Shown one piece after another: positions 62,367 through 64,000 of a stretch of DNA of 64,000 nt. Under the pieces are notes generated by a model. The model saw nothing but the letters and a program-made list of their open reading frames with translations. It was not told the DNA's origin and did no database searches. The DNA is taken from contig JAYWIR010000011.1 in the NCBI GenBank assembly GCA_036172245.1, positions 1,426,001 through 1,490,000 on the forward strand, written 5' to 3'. Each line of letters begins with the position of its first letter. Positions within the stretch are counted from its first letter, which is position 1. Origin of the DNA: Raillietiella orientalis (lineage: Eukaryota). The position numbers and the translations under genes are program-made.

Positions 62367-64000
62367 GTAAAGGCTGCTCCTCTCCCTTTCTCCTTCCCCA
62401 CCCCCAGCCCTGTGGGTGAAGAGAATCGCGCGGCAACGGCGTCTCCCGCCAGCCGGCTGCACACCTTTCCCTTCACCGCCTTCGAAGGGGGCCATCGTTC
62501 GTCGGGAAAAACGGAACGCCTAAAGGGAAAGGAGCTCTCAATCTCCCAACCCGCCGCCGTGACCACCCTTTTTTCAGGACGGGCATCCGGGCTGCGCGCT
62601 CGCGCCGACCGATCTCCTGCAGCTCGCTGAACGCTCAAGCGGACTGCAACCGGGGGATCCCTCCAGGAGGGTTTCAGGAGCGGGGAGGGAAGGGGACCGC
62701 ATCCCTCGGATCCGGGGTACTTGCCAGTACCCTAGGCCATCACACGGGATCCGGAGGCGGGATGATCGCGGCACCGCCGCCGCCGTCCTCACTCCTTACC
62801 CCCATTCCTTGGACACTTCTGGGGTTTCAGAGCCGCCCGTGGTCCCTTAAGGGCGCCTGGCTCTTCACTCTTTCCATTTCCCCCCTCCCCCTTCCGCTCT
62901 CGACCGGAGGCGGACCGCCGTCTCCCCCTCCTCGGAGGGAAGGACCAGAAGGGCGTGAAGCTCGCGTCCCCTCCTCCTTCCCGGGAGCATCACCCCTCGT
63001 GATACTTCCGGGAAGATCCGTACTCCTCGCCTCCTCCATGGGACCCGGATTTCGAAGCTCTTCCGGGATTTGCGGCAGAGCTCCAGAGGAGGGAAAGGCT
63101 CGGGGATATGCGAGGAGGGGAGAAAGAGGAGTGGGAAAAAGGAGGCTCCCCAAAAACGCCATCTGGCTACTTCCCTCCTCCTCCTCTGCACGCCCCGAGG
63201 AGAGCGAAGCAGGAGCCCTCCCTCACCTCTCTTGAGGAACGGATCCCACACCAGGGGCCGTCTCCGCGGAGACGGAGATGGGACCCCGTCTTAGGGACGG
63301 AAAAGCTTCAAGAGGGGCGAGCTAACCTCTGACCTTTAAGGATTCCCCTTTCCCTCCCTTCTTCGCCTCTTCATTTTCTCATCCGAAAGCACGTGAGGAG
63401 AAGTGCTACTAGCGGGCATCGGCAGCGGTGGAAGCCTCCAATCCAAGGACAGATGAAGGAAGAAAAGGATAGGAAACGGGATGCAAGGAAAAACTCAAAC
63501 TCCTCGTCACCACCACCCCCCTTTTCTCTTGATCAAGAGTTCGAAGCTCTCTCCCTTTGTTCTCTCGAGCTCATCGCTTGAAAACCTCTCCCCTGTCCTC
63601 CGGAAACGATCAAAGAACGACGCGCGCGAGCTTCTCCTTTGTGATCTCGCTATCCTCCTCTTCCTCCTTTCCCGTCTGCTGAAGGATGCTGTCCAACGTC
63701 CTCCTTAGTCAGCGGAAGTGAGGCGGGACGGCCGAGCCGTGGGGAGGCACCCCTGCTGCAAAGTTGACTCTGCTGGAGTTTCCTCCAGCAGAGCCAGCTG
63801 GCGCTTCGTCAGGTGGGCACGAACCCTGGCCCGAGCGCGATTCTCATCTTCGTCTAGAAAAGTCCGGGAAGTTTTGAAGTCTGGGAAGTTTGAGTTTGGG
63901 AAGTCTGGGAAGAGGGAGGAAGAGAAACGAAGCGGATTTTCCGGTCGCCCCTTCGGATCGAACGAAGACCAAGGAATTGCGCTCCTTGCACACGCGTTTT

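Overview
Eukaryotic, probably arthropod-like, genomic DNA with four parts. (1) 1-26 kb is mostly decayed mobile elements: a piggyBac fragment, integrase fragments and many L1/Tx1-type LINE pieces, plus one 5S rRNA gene. (2) Inside that block, about 20866-23058 holds an apparently complete ~2.19-kb CRESS (Rep-encoding circular ssDNA) virus genome. It has a minus-strand rep with all nuclease and helicase motifs, a perfect TAGTATTAC origin stem-loop and a plus-strand capsid gene. A 5-nt direct repeat (AAACT) at both ends allows the circle to be re-closed in silico, which restores a normal Rep C-terminus. rep also carries a candidate 42-nt intron, about the size of the host's own tiny introns. (3) An AT-rich island at ~26-32.6 kb contains a complete 12-exon UFL1 gene with 43-68 nt introns, one of them GC-AG. 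(4) A GC-rich, repeat-rich stretch (32.6-64 kb) has further LINE remnants, MITE-like elements, a head-to-head pair of tRNA-derived SINE-like heads and the 5' exons of an SK potassium channel gene. All calls come from reading motifs by eye; no database searches were run, and most long ORFs in the GC-rich half look spurious.
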